Notes under the pieces: generated by a model
What the model saw: only the letters and a program-made list of their open reading frames with translations
Databases searched by the model: none
Told to the model about the DNA's origin: nothing
Shown: positions 9,348 to 18,481 of the stretch, one piece after another
Layout of the letters: each line of letters opens with the position of its first letter
Numbering within the stretch: position 1 is the first letter of the stretch
Source: Candidatus Latescibacterota bacterium
Lineage (GTDB): Bacteria > Latescibacterota > UBA2968 > GCA-2709665
Assembly (NCBI GenBank): GCA_965208835.1
Contig: OZ242358.1
Coordinates: forward strand, 1,824,001-1,888,000
Length of the DNA stretch: 64,000 bases
Direction of reading: 5' to 3'
Made by a program: the position numbers and the translations under genes

Positions 9348-10391
9348 CTATCGGACCTCAAGATTGTGCCGGATTGCTCCGTCGATTGCATCAGGTTCAT
9401 AGGTGACACATCGACTCCCTTTGTCAGCGATTTCAAGTCTGTGTAAGCGAAATCTGTCCTTACTCAGAGAATCGTGCGCTGCCATCACGCACTCCATACT
9501 GTGTGTGGTTGCGAATAATTGGGTCCGAAACTGCCGAGCTGCTTCATCGATAACGCGCCAGACATCAGGCAGTACCGTGTGGTGTATGCCGTTTTCGAGT
9601 TCATCTACCATAACGACACCATCTGGTACGGAAGCGATACCTAATACAAGGCGTGCTATTTGGGTCATGCCTTCGCCCATTACGGATAGAGGCACCAGTT
9701 CAGACCACCCGATATCTCCCCAGATCATGGGCGACCCGCTGGAAGAATTATCCTCAATGCTTTGCAATCTGGGTTCGAAGACACGTAGTGCCTTTAGGAG
9801 CATATCTCCCTGCTTCTGTTGCCTCAACCGACCCAGTCTAACTGCATCTTCATGGATATTCCGATTGCGAGATAAGAGAATTATCGCCTGAAACGGAGGA
9901 TTTGTCGTAGGCTGGTTTACCTCAAAACCCTGTCCCTTCATACTTATCTGGCTCTTTACGGATTTACGGGAGGGGCCTGTATACTGAAACGCAAGAGAAC
10001 GTTCGTCAAGGAGGTTTGTAATTGAAGTGCCATTTGTACGGTCGAGAGGAATTTCAGTCGTGGGCTGTCGTTCTGAAGTAATCTTCAGAGTGAATTGTGC
10101 ACGCGATGATCTCTGCGCAATTATCTCAATTGATCGTCCCATGTCCAGATTGGAAAAAAGCTGTTTCCAAAACGGATCGGCGGTAGAAACCCCATGCGGG
10201 ACCAATCCTCGAATGACATTGTCATTCATTGCCAACTGGGTGTTGCCCGCTCCTGATAGCAGAAATACCGCTTCAAGCAAGCTTGTCTTTCCGGAGTTAT
10301 TTTTGCCGGCAATCAGGTTGATGCCACCCAAGTCGTCAATCTTCAGGGCATTAAACCCGCGGAAATTTCGTATCTGTAAGCGTTTCAACAT
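9348..10391 (-). CDS. AAA_15/AAA_21-type ABC ATPase
   Basis: NFRGF, Walker A GKNNSGKT, MGEG signature, Walker B VMVDELENGIH, FATTHS. Confidence 0.9.
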   Translation of the reverse strand: MLKRLQIRNFRGFNALKIDDLGGINLIAGKNNSGKTSLLEAVFLLSGAGNTQLAMNDNVIRGLVPHGVSTADPFWKQLFSNLDMGRSIEIIAQRSSRAQFTLKITSERQPTTEIPLDRTNGTSITNLLDERSLAFQYTGPSRKSVKSQISMKGQGFEVNQPTTNPPFQAIILLSRNRNIHEDAVRLGRLRQQKQGDMLLKALRVFEPRLQSIEDNSSSGSPMIWGDIGWSELVPLSVMGEGMTQIARLVLGIASVPDGVVMVDELENGIHHTVLPDVWRVIDEAARQFRTQLFATTHSMECVMAAHDSLSKDRFRLHRLEIADKGSRCVTYEPDAIDGAIRHNLEVR

Positions 10392-10556
10392 CGCTATCGC
10401 CCCTCAGTAGATCTTCGAATTGTGGCGAATATCATCGAGCGGATTCACCATCTATGTGGATGCGAGACTCAGGAATAATATCCAAAACCGATGCAAAGAT
10501 CAAATAGTTCCACGAAGTCATCGATCCTTCAGTAAACTTGGCGCATTGACCGGGGT

Positions 10557-10752
10557 TCAGTAAGCTTCCTCGCGCAGCCGTTGCTTGATTTCCGAATCCG
10601 AGGCCGTCTCCAGGAACAACTCCAATGCCTCCTTTAGATTCTCCCTTGCATCCGACACGGTTGTTCCCTGGCTGGCGACGTCCAGTTCAGGGCAGAGGGC
10701 GACGTAGCCGTCGTCCTCACGTTCTATAATTGCTGTCAGCTGTCTTGTTATT
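10557..10752 (-). pseudogene. hicB: second HicB-family antitoxin remnant (start codon reads ATA, truncated C-terminus)
   Basis: ITRQLTAIIEREDDGYVALCPELDVASQGTTVSDARENLKEALELFLE...EEAY*; paralog of 6360..6545; no hicA. Confidence 0.65.
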
Positions 10753-10764
10753 GCAGGCTCACTT

Positions 10765-11005
10765 TTTTCGGCACCCGTTCGACTACCTTGCAAAGACCTT
10801 CGCCGACCCTTCGACCCTTCGACAGGCTCAGGGACCGCAGGCTCAGGGAGCGGCTCAGGACCGCAGGTTTAGAGGCCACAGAATGGTTCAAGTACTACAG
10901 TGGCTCGTCAACCGCGACGTCTCGAGTCGAGCTTTGCCTGATTTCCCCGCCTGTCCCGCCTTTTGGTTCTATGCTTTTATCCTGCTTATCCTGTTTATCC
11001 ATGTT
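10765..11005. repeat. right arm of the composite REP/9-mer element
   Basis: Collinear with 6920-7150: TTTCGGCACCCGTTCGACT...CCCTTCGACAGGCTCAGGG...ATGGTTCA.GT.CTAC...TTTATCCTGCTTATCCTGTTTATCCATGTT. Confidence 0.8.
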
Positions 11006-11034
11006 CCCCGGCATCAATCCTCGATGGTCTCTCG

Positions 11035-11532
11035 CTACCACCCGCCAACCTGGGTCCTGTCCACGATATCCCGTGTCAGGATTTCGAACGCCGCGCCGAG
11101 GCCCTCCTGGCGTGCTTCTTCGCGCTGGCCGGCGGCACTGTAGATGCCGTATCCCTTCAGGCGCTTCTCTTCCCACAGCTGCTTCTTGTTCTTCACGTCG
11201 TAGCAACTGACGTCCACGAAGACCGAGATCTGGAACTGGTCCTCCTGTCCGCGGTACGTGAACGGGTCGTCCCGTACTTCCACGATGGTACCTCGCAGCA
11301 CGATGTCCGCGCGGTCTTCGTCCGTGACGCGCAGCGCCGCGTCCTGGAGAAACGCCTGGATCAGGCTGTCGGTGAGCGCCTGCTGGATTTCCGGCTCGAG
11401 GCTCTCGTTTTCCATCAGCGGAATGGCTACCGAGCGGATACCCGAGCCGCCGGTCGCTGACGTTGAATAGTACGCGCATCCGGCCAGCCAGAACAGGAAC
11501 AGCGCCGTGCAGGGGATGAGGGATCGCTTCAA
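11035..11532 (-). CDS. lptE: LptE-family lipoprotein
   Basis: Lipobox LAGC, SVAIPLMENESLEP, ADIVLRGTI, C-terminal GW. Confidence 0.75.
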   Translation of the reverse strand: MKRSLIPCTALFLFWLAGCAYYSTSATGGSGIRSVAIPLMENESLEPEIQQALTDSLIQAFLQDAALRVTDEDRADIVLRGTIVEVRDDPFTYRGQEDQFQISVFVDVSCYDVKNKKQLWEEKRLKGYGIYSAAGQREEARQEGLGAAFEILTRDIVDRTQVGGW

Positions 11533-12026
11533 TCCGATTCCTCCTTCGACTCCGACGCCGCCTCGTCCTTCGGCGCCTCCGCTTCGGCGGCTTCGGCAGC
11601 GTCACCGCCGCTCTGCTCCGCCGACGCCTCCTGCGCCTCGGCTTCGGCGCTCCCGGCGGCATCTTCGCCGCTCTCCTCCGCGGGCGCCTCGGCGTCGGCG
11701 GTTGACGCCTCGGCCTCATCGGAAGGCGCTTCAGCCTCGTCCGGTTCCTTGTTCGCTTCGTCGATGTAGTTCATCCTCAACTCGTACAGCGCGTGTTCCA
11801 GAAACTTCTGTTCGTTGTCGCTGAGATTGCCCTTCGTCTTCGCCTGCAGCATGCCCAGGATGTCAATCGTGTTCTTCGCCTGGGCGAGGTCCCGTTCCAC
11901 CTTGCTGGTGGCCGGGTTCATCACCTTGCCCAGATGCTGCCATGCCGCCCCCTGAAACATCAACACGATCTGCGTAAACAGAAATTCGTTCATCTGTTCC
12001 TGGGTAATCGGTTCGCCTTCGGCCAT
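11529..12026 (-). CDS. DUF1844 domain protein with acidic tail
   Basis: AWQHLGKVMNP...DLAQAKNTIDILGMLQAKTKGNLS..E..FL..ALYELRMNY. Confidence 0.85.
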   Translation of the reverse strand: MAEGEPITQEQMNEFLFTQIVLMFQGAAWQHLGKVMNPATSKVERDLAQAKNTIDILGMLQAKTKGNLSDNEQKFLEHALYELRMNYIDEANKEPDEAEAPSDEAEASTADAEAPAEESGEDAAGSAEAEAQEASAEQSGGDAAEAAEAEAPKDEAASESKEESD

Positions 12027-12099
12027 GAAGATAACCTCCTTGAAATGATTGACTTAAACACTTCGTGGCAATTGTCTGTGTAAGTTAAAACCTGGATGT

Positions 12100-12270
12100 G
12101 GGTAGACGGAAGACGTAAGAGGGGAGAGGAGTTCCTGCCTTGTGAGTTTTCCTTTTATACCGTAGGCAAGTGGAGAGACCAAATCGGGCGAAGACCTCAT
12201 CTCCCGTCTCCCGTCTCACCTCTACCCGCTCTTTGGATTTCATCTCCCGTCTAACGTCTTACGTCTCCCC
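12100..12270. repeat. Heptamer-ended palindromic element, copy B (plus extra heptamers covering the DsbA stop)
   Basis: GGTAGAC GGAAGAC GTAAGAG GGGAGAG ... CTCCCGT CTCCCGT CTCACCT CTACCC. Confidence 0.85.
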
Positions 12271-12891
12271 ACTTAATGCTTTCTCCAGCTTTGCCATCGC
12301 GGTTTCGGCGTTGGCCCAGCCGCGGACGATGTCGGTCTGCGCGTCGCCGTGTCTCACGACCACGCTCGGGAATTCACGGACGCCCATCGAGCGGCGCAGG
12401 TTGAAACCCGCCTGCAAATCGGCCTCGATCTCCGGCGAACTGATATCCCGTTCGAAACGACCCATGTCCAGCGGTGGCGAAAGCGACCCGGCCACCGCGG
12501 TCAGCGTTTCGATGTCCGAGGGGTTCCGCGCCTGCCTGTAATACGCCCGCTGTATGGCGTCGAACATATCGGGAACGGCGTCTTCACGCTGCGCCCTTGC
12601 CGCCAGCACCGCGCGGCATGCGGGGTAGGTAGACCGGCGTGGCTTGCATTTTCGCCAGAAGTCCCAGTTGAATTCCGCCCCGGTCGTCGCCGCCACGTCC
12701 TGCCAGTTCCGCTGCACGTACGCGCGCGTTGCTTCGGGCATCGGCTCGTCCGAATCCTTCGCCAGCCCGCCCATCACATACACCACGGGAACGGCCTCCG
12801 GAAGCTCCGAGACGATCTGCTGCAGCACCGGCCTGAAGCCCCAGCACCACGAACACATCGGGTCTCCCACGTAATAGAGTTGCGGATCCAC
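12259..12891 (-). CDS. DsbA-family (DSBA-like thioredoxin) protein
   Basis: YVGDPMCSWCWGF CxxC, STYPACRAV, GVREFPSVV. Confidence 0.88.
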   Translation of the reverse strand: MDPQLYYVGDPMCSWCWGFRPVLQQIVSELPEAVPVVYVMGGLAKDSDEPMPEATRAYVQRNWQDVAATTGAEFNWDFWRKCKPRRSTYPACRAVLAARAQREDAVPDMFDAIQRAYYRQARNPSDIETLTAVAGSLSPPLDMGRFERDISSPEIEADLQAGFNLRRSMGVREFPSVVVRHGDAQTDIVRGWANAETAMAKLEKALSGET

Positions 12892-12954
12892 TATTCGTAT
12901 CCTCTATGGAGGGGATTTCAGTGACATAAGCCGATCAGGCGACGTGTCCGGATT

Positions 12955-13119
12955 AGTGTCCTGTCCCGAAAATTCCTCACCATTCGACCGGCGATTCATC
13001 CCGTCTCGCTACGTTCCCCTCGCTCGCCGACCTTACGCAGGTCGTCTGCGCTCAGGCGCCTTGCGAGACGGGCGACTCGGCGGTCGAATTCAGGCAACTT
13101 ATTTCCTGGACAGAACACT
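12955..13119. mobile_element. MITE with AGTGTYCTGTCC terminal inverted repeats
   Basis: Ends AGTGTCCTGTCC / GGACAGAACACT; near-identical inverted copy at 63863-64000. Confidence 0.85.
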
Positions 13120-13388
13120 CGGTCGGCCCGGAACGCGAAGCGGGATTCCGCGTCAACGTTTCGGGTACAATATTAAAGACGGGAATCGAAAAAGGCAAGC
13201 ATATCGACCCTGTCCACGCCCGGGCGATTCCCCTGCAATTCGCCGTTCCCGCGGCCCGGTAGAATCCGCTTGCGGAGATGTATTGATTATGCGTACCTTC
13301 ATCCCCCCTAATTCTGCCAACTCCGTCTCGTGCGGAAAATCGTCAACGGGACCGCGATGTCGGGAAACACACAAAAAGGAGGTGGTCC

Positions 13389-13853
13389 GTGAACGTGGAA
13401 GTCACCATTAATGGCGAGTGCCACAGCCACGACGTGGAGCCCAGGCTGCTGCTTGTGCATTATCTGCGCGACGTCGTGGGCCTGACCGGCACCCACGTAG
13501 GCTGCGAAACCAGCCTCTGCGGCGCCTGCACCGTCATGCTCGACGGCCAGGCGGTGAAATCCTGTACGCTGCTCGCGGTACAGGCGAACGGCGCCGAAAT
13601 CACCACCATCGAAGGTCTGGCCGAGAACGGCGAACTTCATCCAGTACAGGAGGGCTTCTGGGAGTGCCATGGCCTGCAGTGCGGCTTCTGCACGCCCGGG
13701 ATGATCATCGCCGCCCACCAGTTGCTGGAGCGCAACTCGCGGCCCACCGAGGCGCAGATCCGGCGCAGTATCGAGGGCAACCTCTGTCGTTGCACCGGAT
13801 ACCAGCACATCGTGGACGCCGTCCAGCACGCAGCCAGGGCAATGAGAACCTGA
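13389..13853 (+). CDS. coxS: 2Fe-2S small subunit of a CO dehydrogenase/xanthine oxidase family enzyme
   Basis: [27 protein letters not shown]. Confidence 0.92.
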   Translation: MNVEVTINGECHSHDVEPRLLLVHYLRDVVGLTGTHVGCETSLCGACTVMLDGQAVKSCTLLAVQANGAEITTIEGLAENGELHPVQEGFWECHGLQCGFCTPGMIIAAHQLLERNSRPTEAQIRRSIEGNLCRCTGYQHIVDAVQHAARAMRT

Positions 13854-13866
13854 AAGGAGGTCTTCC

Positions 13867-16197
13867 ATGCCAGTCAGTAAATCAGTTGGCGCCAGAATCA
13901 AGCGCAGGGAAGATCCCCGGCTGATCCAGGGCCTTGCGCAGTACGTAGACGATATTCAACTGCCAGGAACGCTGCATGTGGCCGTCGTCCGAAGTCCTTA
14001 CGGGCACGCGCACATTCAGGGCATCGACACCGCTGCCGCCGCTGACCACCCGGGCGTGGTGGCCGTGGTGACGGGAGACGATCTTCAAGGCAATATTGGC
14101 ACGATTCCGTGCGCCACGACCGATCCCGAGGGCTTTCCGGGCATCCAGGTTCCCGACCATCCGGTCCTGGCCCACGGAAAGGTCCGGTTCGTCGGGGAGC
14201 CCGTTGTCGCGGTCGTCGCCGACAGCCCCTACACCGCCAGCGACGCGGCCGAACTCGTCGAGGTGGACTACGAGCCGCTCGACGCCGTTAACTCCGCGGA
14301 GGCCGCGTTGAAGGACGGCGCGCCCCTTCTGCACGAGGAATTCGGAAGCAATCAGGCCTTTACCTGGGCCATTGCGGGCGGTGACATCGACGACGCCTTC
14401 GCCCAGGCCGACCGCGTGGTCAAACAGCGCTTCAACCACCAGCGCCTGGTGCCGAACCCGATGGAGACACGGGGCGTGGTCGCGCAGTTTCAGCCGGGCG
14501 ACGGTAAACTCACGGTCTGGTCCTCCACACAAATCCCGCATCTGCTCAAAACCCAGCTCTCGGTTATTCTCAACCGGCCGGAACAGCTCGTGCAGGTTAT
14601 CGCGCCCGAGGTGGGCGGCGGTTTCGGCTGCAAGCTGAACGTGTACGCCGAGGAAGCCCTGGTCGGGCATCTCGCGATCCAGCTCAAAAGGCCGGTCAAG
14701 TGGATCGAGAGCAGGCGTGAAAATTTCCTGCACACGATCCACGGGCGCGACCAGATCGGCGACGTGGAGATCCCCGTCAAGAACGACGGGACCATCCTGG
14801 GCCTCAAGTATACCGTTGAGGCCGACGTGGGCGCCTACTACCAGTTGCTCACGCCGGCGATCCCCACGCTCACGGGGCTGATGCTCTGCGGCTGCTACAA
14901 GTTCCAGAACGTCTCGATGGAGCTCGTTGCGGCCTTCACCAACAAGATGGCCACCGATGCCTACCGGGGCGCGGGTAGGCCCGAAGCTACCTACCTCATC
15001 GAGCGTATGCTGGACTGCGTGGCGTTCGATCTGGATATGGACCCCCTGGAGGTGCGGCGCAGGAACTTCATCGGTAAGGACGAGTTTCCATTCGAGACCG
15101 GTACGGCCGTTGCCTACGACAGCGGCGACTATGAGATCGCGCTGAACAAGGCGCTGAAGAAGATCGACTATGAAGGCTTCCGCAATGAGCAGGCGGAAGC
15201 CCGCGAGCAGGGCCGGTACCTCGGCATCGGCTTCTCCACGTACGTGGAGATCTGCGGTATGGGGCCTTCGGCGGCCATGCCGGCCGGCGGCTGGGAGAGC
15301 GGCACCGTTCGTGTGGACCCCACCGGCAAAGTCACCGTTCTCACCGGCGTCTCGCCCCACGGCCAGGGCCAGGAGACCACGTTTGCGCAGCTCATCGCCG
15401 ACGGCCTCGGCGTGGACATCGACGACGTGCGGATCATCCATGGCGATACGGAAGCCGTGCAGTACGGTATCGGAACGTTCGGCTCTCGCGCGACCGCAGT
15501 GGGCGGCACGGCCATGGTGATGGCCATGGAAAAGGTGAAGGAGAAAGCCATCAACATCGCCGCGCACCTGCTGGAGAGCAACCCCCAGGACATCGTGGTC
15601 GAAGACGGAAAATACGGCGTCAAGGGGTCGCCCGACCAGGGCGTTACCCTGACGGACATCTCGATGGCCGCTCACGGGGGCGTGAATCTGCCTCCGGATA
15701 CCGAGCCGGGCATGGCTGCCACGCATTTCTTCGAGCCCTCCAACTTCACCTACCCGTTCGGCACCCATATCGCCATCGTGGAGGTGGACGCGGACACCGG
15801 CGAGGTGGACATTCTCCGGTACATCGCGGTCGACGACTGCGGACAGATCATCAACCCGATGATCGTCGAGGGTCAGATCCACGGGGGTATCGCCCAGGGT
15901 CTGGGCCAGGCGCTTTACGAAGAAGCCATCTACGACGAGAGCGGACAGATGATCACGGGCACGTTCATGGACTATGCCCTGCCCAAGGCACATAACTTCC
16001 CGCGCTTCGAACTTGACAACACGGTCACGCCGTCACCGGTGAACCCCATGGGCGTCAAGGGTGTGGGTGAGGCGGGGACCATCGGCTCCACGCCGTCCAT
16101 CGTCAACGCGGTGGTGGACGCGCTCAAGCCGTTCGGCGTGAGGCACATCGACATGCCGCTGCGTCCCGAAAAGCTCTGGAAGCTCATGCAGGGTTAG
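13867..16197 (+). CDS. coxL: molybdopterin large subunit, form II CoxL-like
   Basis: GGGFG, AYRGAGRPE (form II signature), GVKGVGEAG. Confidence 0.9.
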   Translation: MPVSKSVGARIKRREDPRLIQGLAQYVDDIQLPGTLHVAVVRSPYGHAHIQGIDTAAAADHPGVVAVVTGDDLQGNIGTIPCATTDPEGFPGIQVPDHPVLAHGKVRFVGEPVVAVVADSPYTASDAAELVEVDYEPLDAVNSAEAALKDGAPLLHEEFGSNQAFTWAIAGGDIDDAFAQADRVVKQRFNHQRLVPNPMETRGVVAQFQPGDGKLTVWSSTQIPHLLKTQLSVILNRPEQLVQVIAPEVGGGFGCKLNVYAEEALVGHLAIQLKRPVKWIESRRENFLHTIHGRDQIGDVEIPVKNDGTILGLKYTVEADVGAYYQLLTPAIPTLTGLMLCGCYKFQNVSMELVAAFTNKMATDAYRGAGRPEATYLIERMLDCVAFDLDMDPLEVRRRNFIGKDEFPFETGTAVAYDSGDYEIALNKALKKIDYEGFRNEQAEAREQGRYLGIGFSTYVEICGMGPSAAMPAGGWESGTVRVDPTGKVTVLTGVSPHGQGQETTFAQLIADGLGVDIDDVRIIHGDTEAVQYGIGTFGSRATAVGGTAMVMAMEKVKEKAINIAAHLLESNPQDIVVEDGKYGVKGSPDQGVTLTDISMAAHGGVNLPPDTEPGMAATHFFEPSNFTYPFGTHIAIVEVDADTGEVDILRYIAVDDCGQIINPMIVEGQIHGGIAQGLGQALYEEAIYDESGQMITGTFMDYALPKAHNFPRFELDNTVTPSPVNPMGVKGVGEAGTIGSTPSIVNAVVDALKPFGVRHIDMPLRPEKLWKLMQG

Positions 16198-16292
16198 CCT
16201 GCCCGGACCGTCAGGGGGCGCGAAAACCGGCCGAAGAACGGTAGAATGCGCTCGCGCGGAAGTTCCAATATCCGATACGTGGAGAGACCAAA

Positions 16293-17159
16293 ATGATACC
16301 AAGCCCGTTCGACTATCATGCGCCGAAGACCGTGCGAAAGGCGCTCAGCCTGCTTCAGGAACACGGCGATGACGCGAAGATCCTGGCAGGCGGCCACAGC
16401 CTCATCCCGCTGATGAAACTGCGGTTCGCCGCGCCTGCAACCCTCATCGATCTGGGCGGCATTTCGGGTCTGAGGAAGGTCGTCGCCGGAAACGAAACCA
16501 TTTCAATCGGCGCTCTGGCGACGCACTACGCGGTGGAGAGCCACCGGCTGCTGAAATCCAAATGCGGCCTGCTTCCGGAGACCGCGTCCGCCATCGGAGA
16601 TGTGCAGGTGCGTAATCGGGGCACGGTGGGCGGCAGCCTGGTCCACGCGGACCCGGCCGCGGACTGGCCCGCGACGATGCTGGCGCTGGACGCCGAGCTC
16701 GATATCTCCGGCCCCGGGGGCGAGCGGAGCGTTGCCGTCGGCGATTTCTTCGAAGACCTGCTCACCGTCGCCATCGGCGAGGACGAGATTCTCACTCGAA
16801 TCAGGATCGCCACGCCGCCGGACAACTCGGGCGGCGCGTACGTCAAGATGCACCAGTCCGCCTCGGGTTTCGCAATCTGCGGCGTTGCGGCGCAGGTCAC
16901 GCTCGACAACGGCAACTGCTCGTCCGTCGGCATAGGCGTCACGGGCGTATCGCCGGTGGCCTACAGGGCTTCGGCCGCTGAAGCCGCGCTGCACGGAGGC
17001 CCGCTGAACGCGGAGACGATCGCCGCGGCGGCCGACAAGGCGGCCGACGGCGTGGAGGATTTCCAAGAAGACCACCACGCCTCGGGCGACTACCGTGCGC
17101 ATCTTGCCAGGGTCTTCACGCGGCAGGCGCTCACGGTGGCCGCCGAACGGGCAGCCTGA
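16293..17159 (+). CDS. coxM: FAD-binding medium subunit
   Basis: ILAGGHSLIPLMKLR, QVRNRGTVGGS, ADPAAD. Confidence 0.92.
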   Translation: MIPSPFDYHAPKTVRKALSLLQEHGDDAKILAGGHSLIPLMKLRFAAPATLIDLGGISGLRKVVAGNETISIGALATHYAVESHRLLKSKCGLLPETASAIGDVQVRNRGTVGGSLVHADPAADWPATMLALDAELDISGPGGERSVAVGDFFEDLLTVAIGEDEILTRIRIATPPDNSGGAYVKMHQSASGFAICGVAAQVTLDNGNCSSVGIGVTGVSPVAYRASAAEAALHGGPLNAETIAAAADKAADGVEDFQEDHHASGDYRAHLARVFTRQALTVAAERAA

Positions 17160-17263
17160 CCAGCGCTTCACATCGAATTGACCGTTAAACGCGTGCGCTC
17201 GGTTCATGCCGCCGGGCGCACGCCCTCGCGTACCAACCCCGGGACATCGCGAAGGAGACGCTT

Positions 17264-17773
17264 TTGAAGATCAAGGGTACGCACACCATTGACGCGCCGC
17301 GTCAGCGAGTCTTCGAAATGCTCACCGACCCCGACACCCTCGCCAGGTGCATACCCGGCGCCCGGAAGCTGTTGCTTATTGGCGAGAACACGTACGAACT
17401 GGAGATCAATGCCGGCGTGGGACCCATCAGAGGCAGTTACAGCGGCACCGTCTGTCTGGAAGACCTGAACCCGCCCGAATGCTATCGCATGATCGTCGAC
17501 GCGAAGGGCAAGACCGGATTCGTCAGGGGCGAGGGCAGTATCGACCTCGCGGCCGAGGGCGACGGCACTCAGGTCACCTACAGCGGCGACGTGCAGCTCG
17601 GCGGGCCCGTTGCCGCGGTGGGCCAGCGGCTGCACCTGAGCGTCTCGAAAATGATGACGCGTCAGCTCTTCGGCGCCATCGAGGCCGAGGCCAAAGCCGC
17701 GCCGGGTGAAACCGTAAAGCACGGCATCCTGAGGGACTATCTCCGCGGCAAGAAGCCCGGGGCAGGGGAGTAG
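17264..17773 (+). CDS. coxG: CoxG (SRPBCC) accessory protein
   Basis: L.DPDTLARCIPG, VGPIRGSY, GGPVAAVGQRL; position after coxM. Confidence 0.85.
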   Translation: MKIKGTHTIDAPRQRVFEMLTDPDTLARCIPGARKLLLIGENTYELEINAGVGPIRGSYSGTVCLEDLNPPECYRMIVDAKGKTGFVRGEGSIDLAAEGDGTQVTYSGDVQLGGPVAAVGQRLHLSVSKMMTRQLFGAIEAEAKAAPGETVKHGILRDYLRGKKPGAGE

Positions 17774-17837
17774 CGATTCCCGTCCGGACCGGCGGAGATA
17801 GCCAGAAAGAACTCAGTTCTATAACCCGGAATCCTGT

Positions 17838-18203
17838 ATGCCCCATATCGACTGGAACGACGTCCCCGTCAACGAACTGGCGCCCGGCGTACGCATCCGC
17901 GCACCCTACGGCGAAAATCTCATGATTTCCCTGCTGGAAATGGATGAGGGCGCGGTCGTGCCGCTGCATCATCATCCGCACGAGCAGGGCGGCATCATGC
18001 TCGAGGGACGGGTCGAACTGACCATCGGGGACGTCACCCGGACGGTTGAGAAGGACGCCGCCTATCTCATCCCTCCCAACGTGCCCCATCGCGCGGTCGC
18101 GGTGGACGGCCCCGCCGTTGTGCTGGACATCTTCAGCCCCGTCAGGGAAGACTACGTGGAACTGGGCAACCGCTACATCCCGCCCGAAGACAGAGCGGGG
18201 TAG
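17838..18203 (+). CDS. cupin domain protein
   Basis: VPLHHHPHEQ, IPPNVPH, DIFSPVREDY. Confidence 0.88.
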   Translation: MPHIDWNDVPVNELAPGVRIRAPYGENLMISLLEMDEGAVVPLHHHPHEQGGIMLEGRVELTIGDVTRTVEKDAAYLIPPNVPHRAVAVDGPAVVLDIFSPVREDYVELGNRYIPPEDRAG

Positions 18204-18238
18204 AAAATCGTGCCACTATGTCGTGGCACGAGTCGAAA

Positions 18239-18276
18239 AAACAGCGGGTCGGGATTTATTCCCGACCCGCTGTTTC
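18239..18276. terminator. intrinsic terminator after the cox operon
   Basis: AAACAGCGGGTCGGGA-TTTAT-TCCCGACCCGCTGTTT. Confidence 0.75.
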
Positions 18277-18324
18277 ATGCTATTGTATAGACACTATAAA
18301 AACCAAATCCACATCTCCCCAAAT

Positions 18325-18481
18325 TCCCTGCCTACGGCGTGTTCCCAAAAAGCGGGGAGACGGAAGACGGGAGAGGGGAGAGATTGCCTGCCATGTAAGG
18401 TTTCTTCTCGTGCCGGAGGCAAGAAGGCATAAAGTAGCGGGCAAGGATTTCTTCTACCGGCTTCCCTCTACCTTCTTACCG
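18325..18481. repeat. Heptamer-ended palindromic element, copy C
   Basis: Same core as copy A; leader TGCCTACGGCGTGTT shared with copy D. Confidence 0.85.

Noticed and set aside
11540-11770. GCCTCGGC-type tandem repeats
   Set aside because: Simply encode the Ala/Glu-rich tail of the DUF1844 protein
13882-15993. 703-aa minus-strand ORF
   Set aside because: Antisense shadow of coxL caused by high-GC codon bias; no motifs
13867-16197. Bona fide form I aerobic CO dehydrogenase
   Set aside because: Has AYRGAGR rather than AYxCSFR, and no coxDEF
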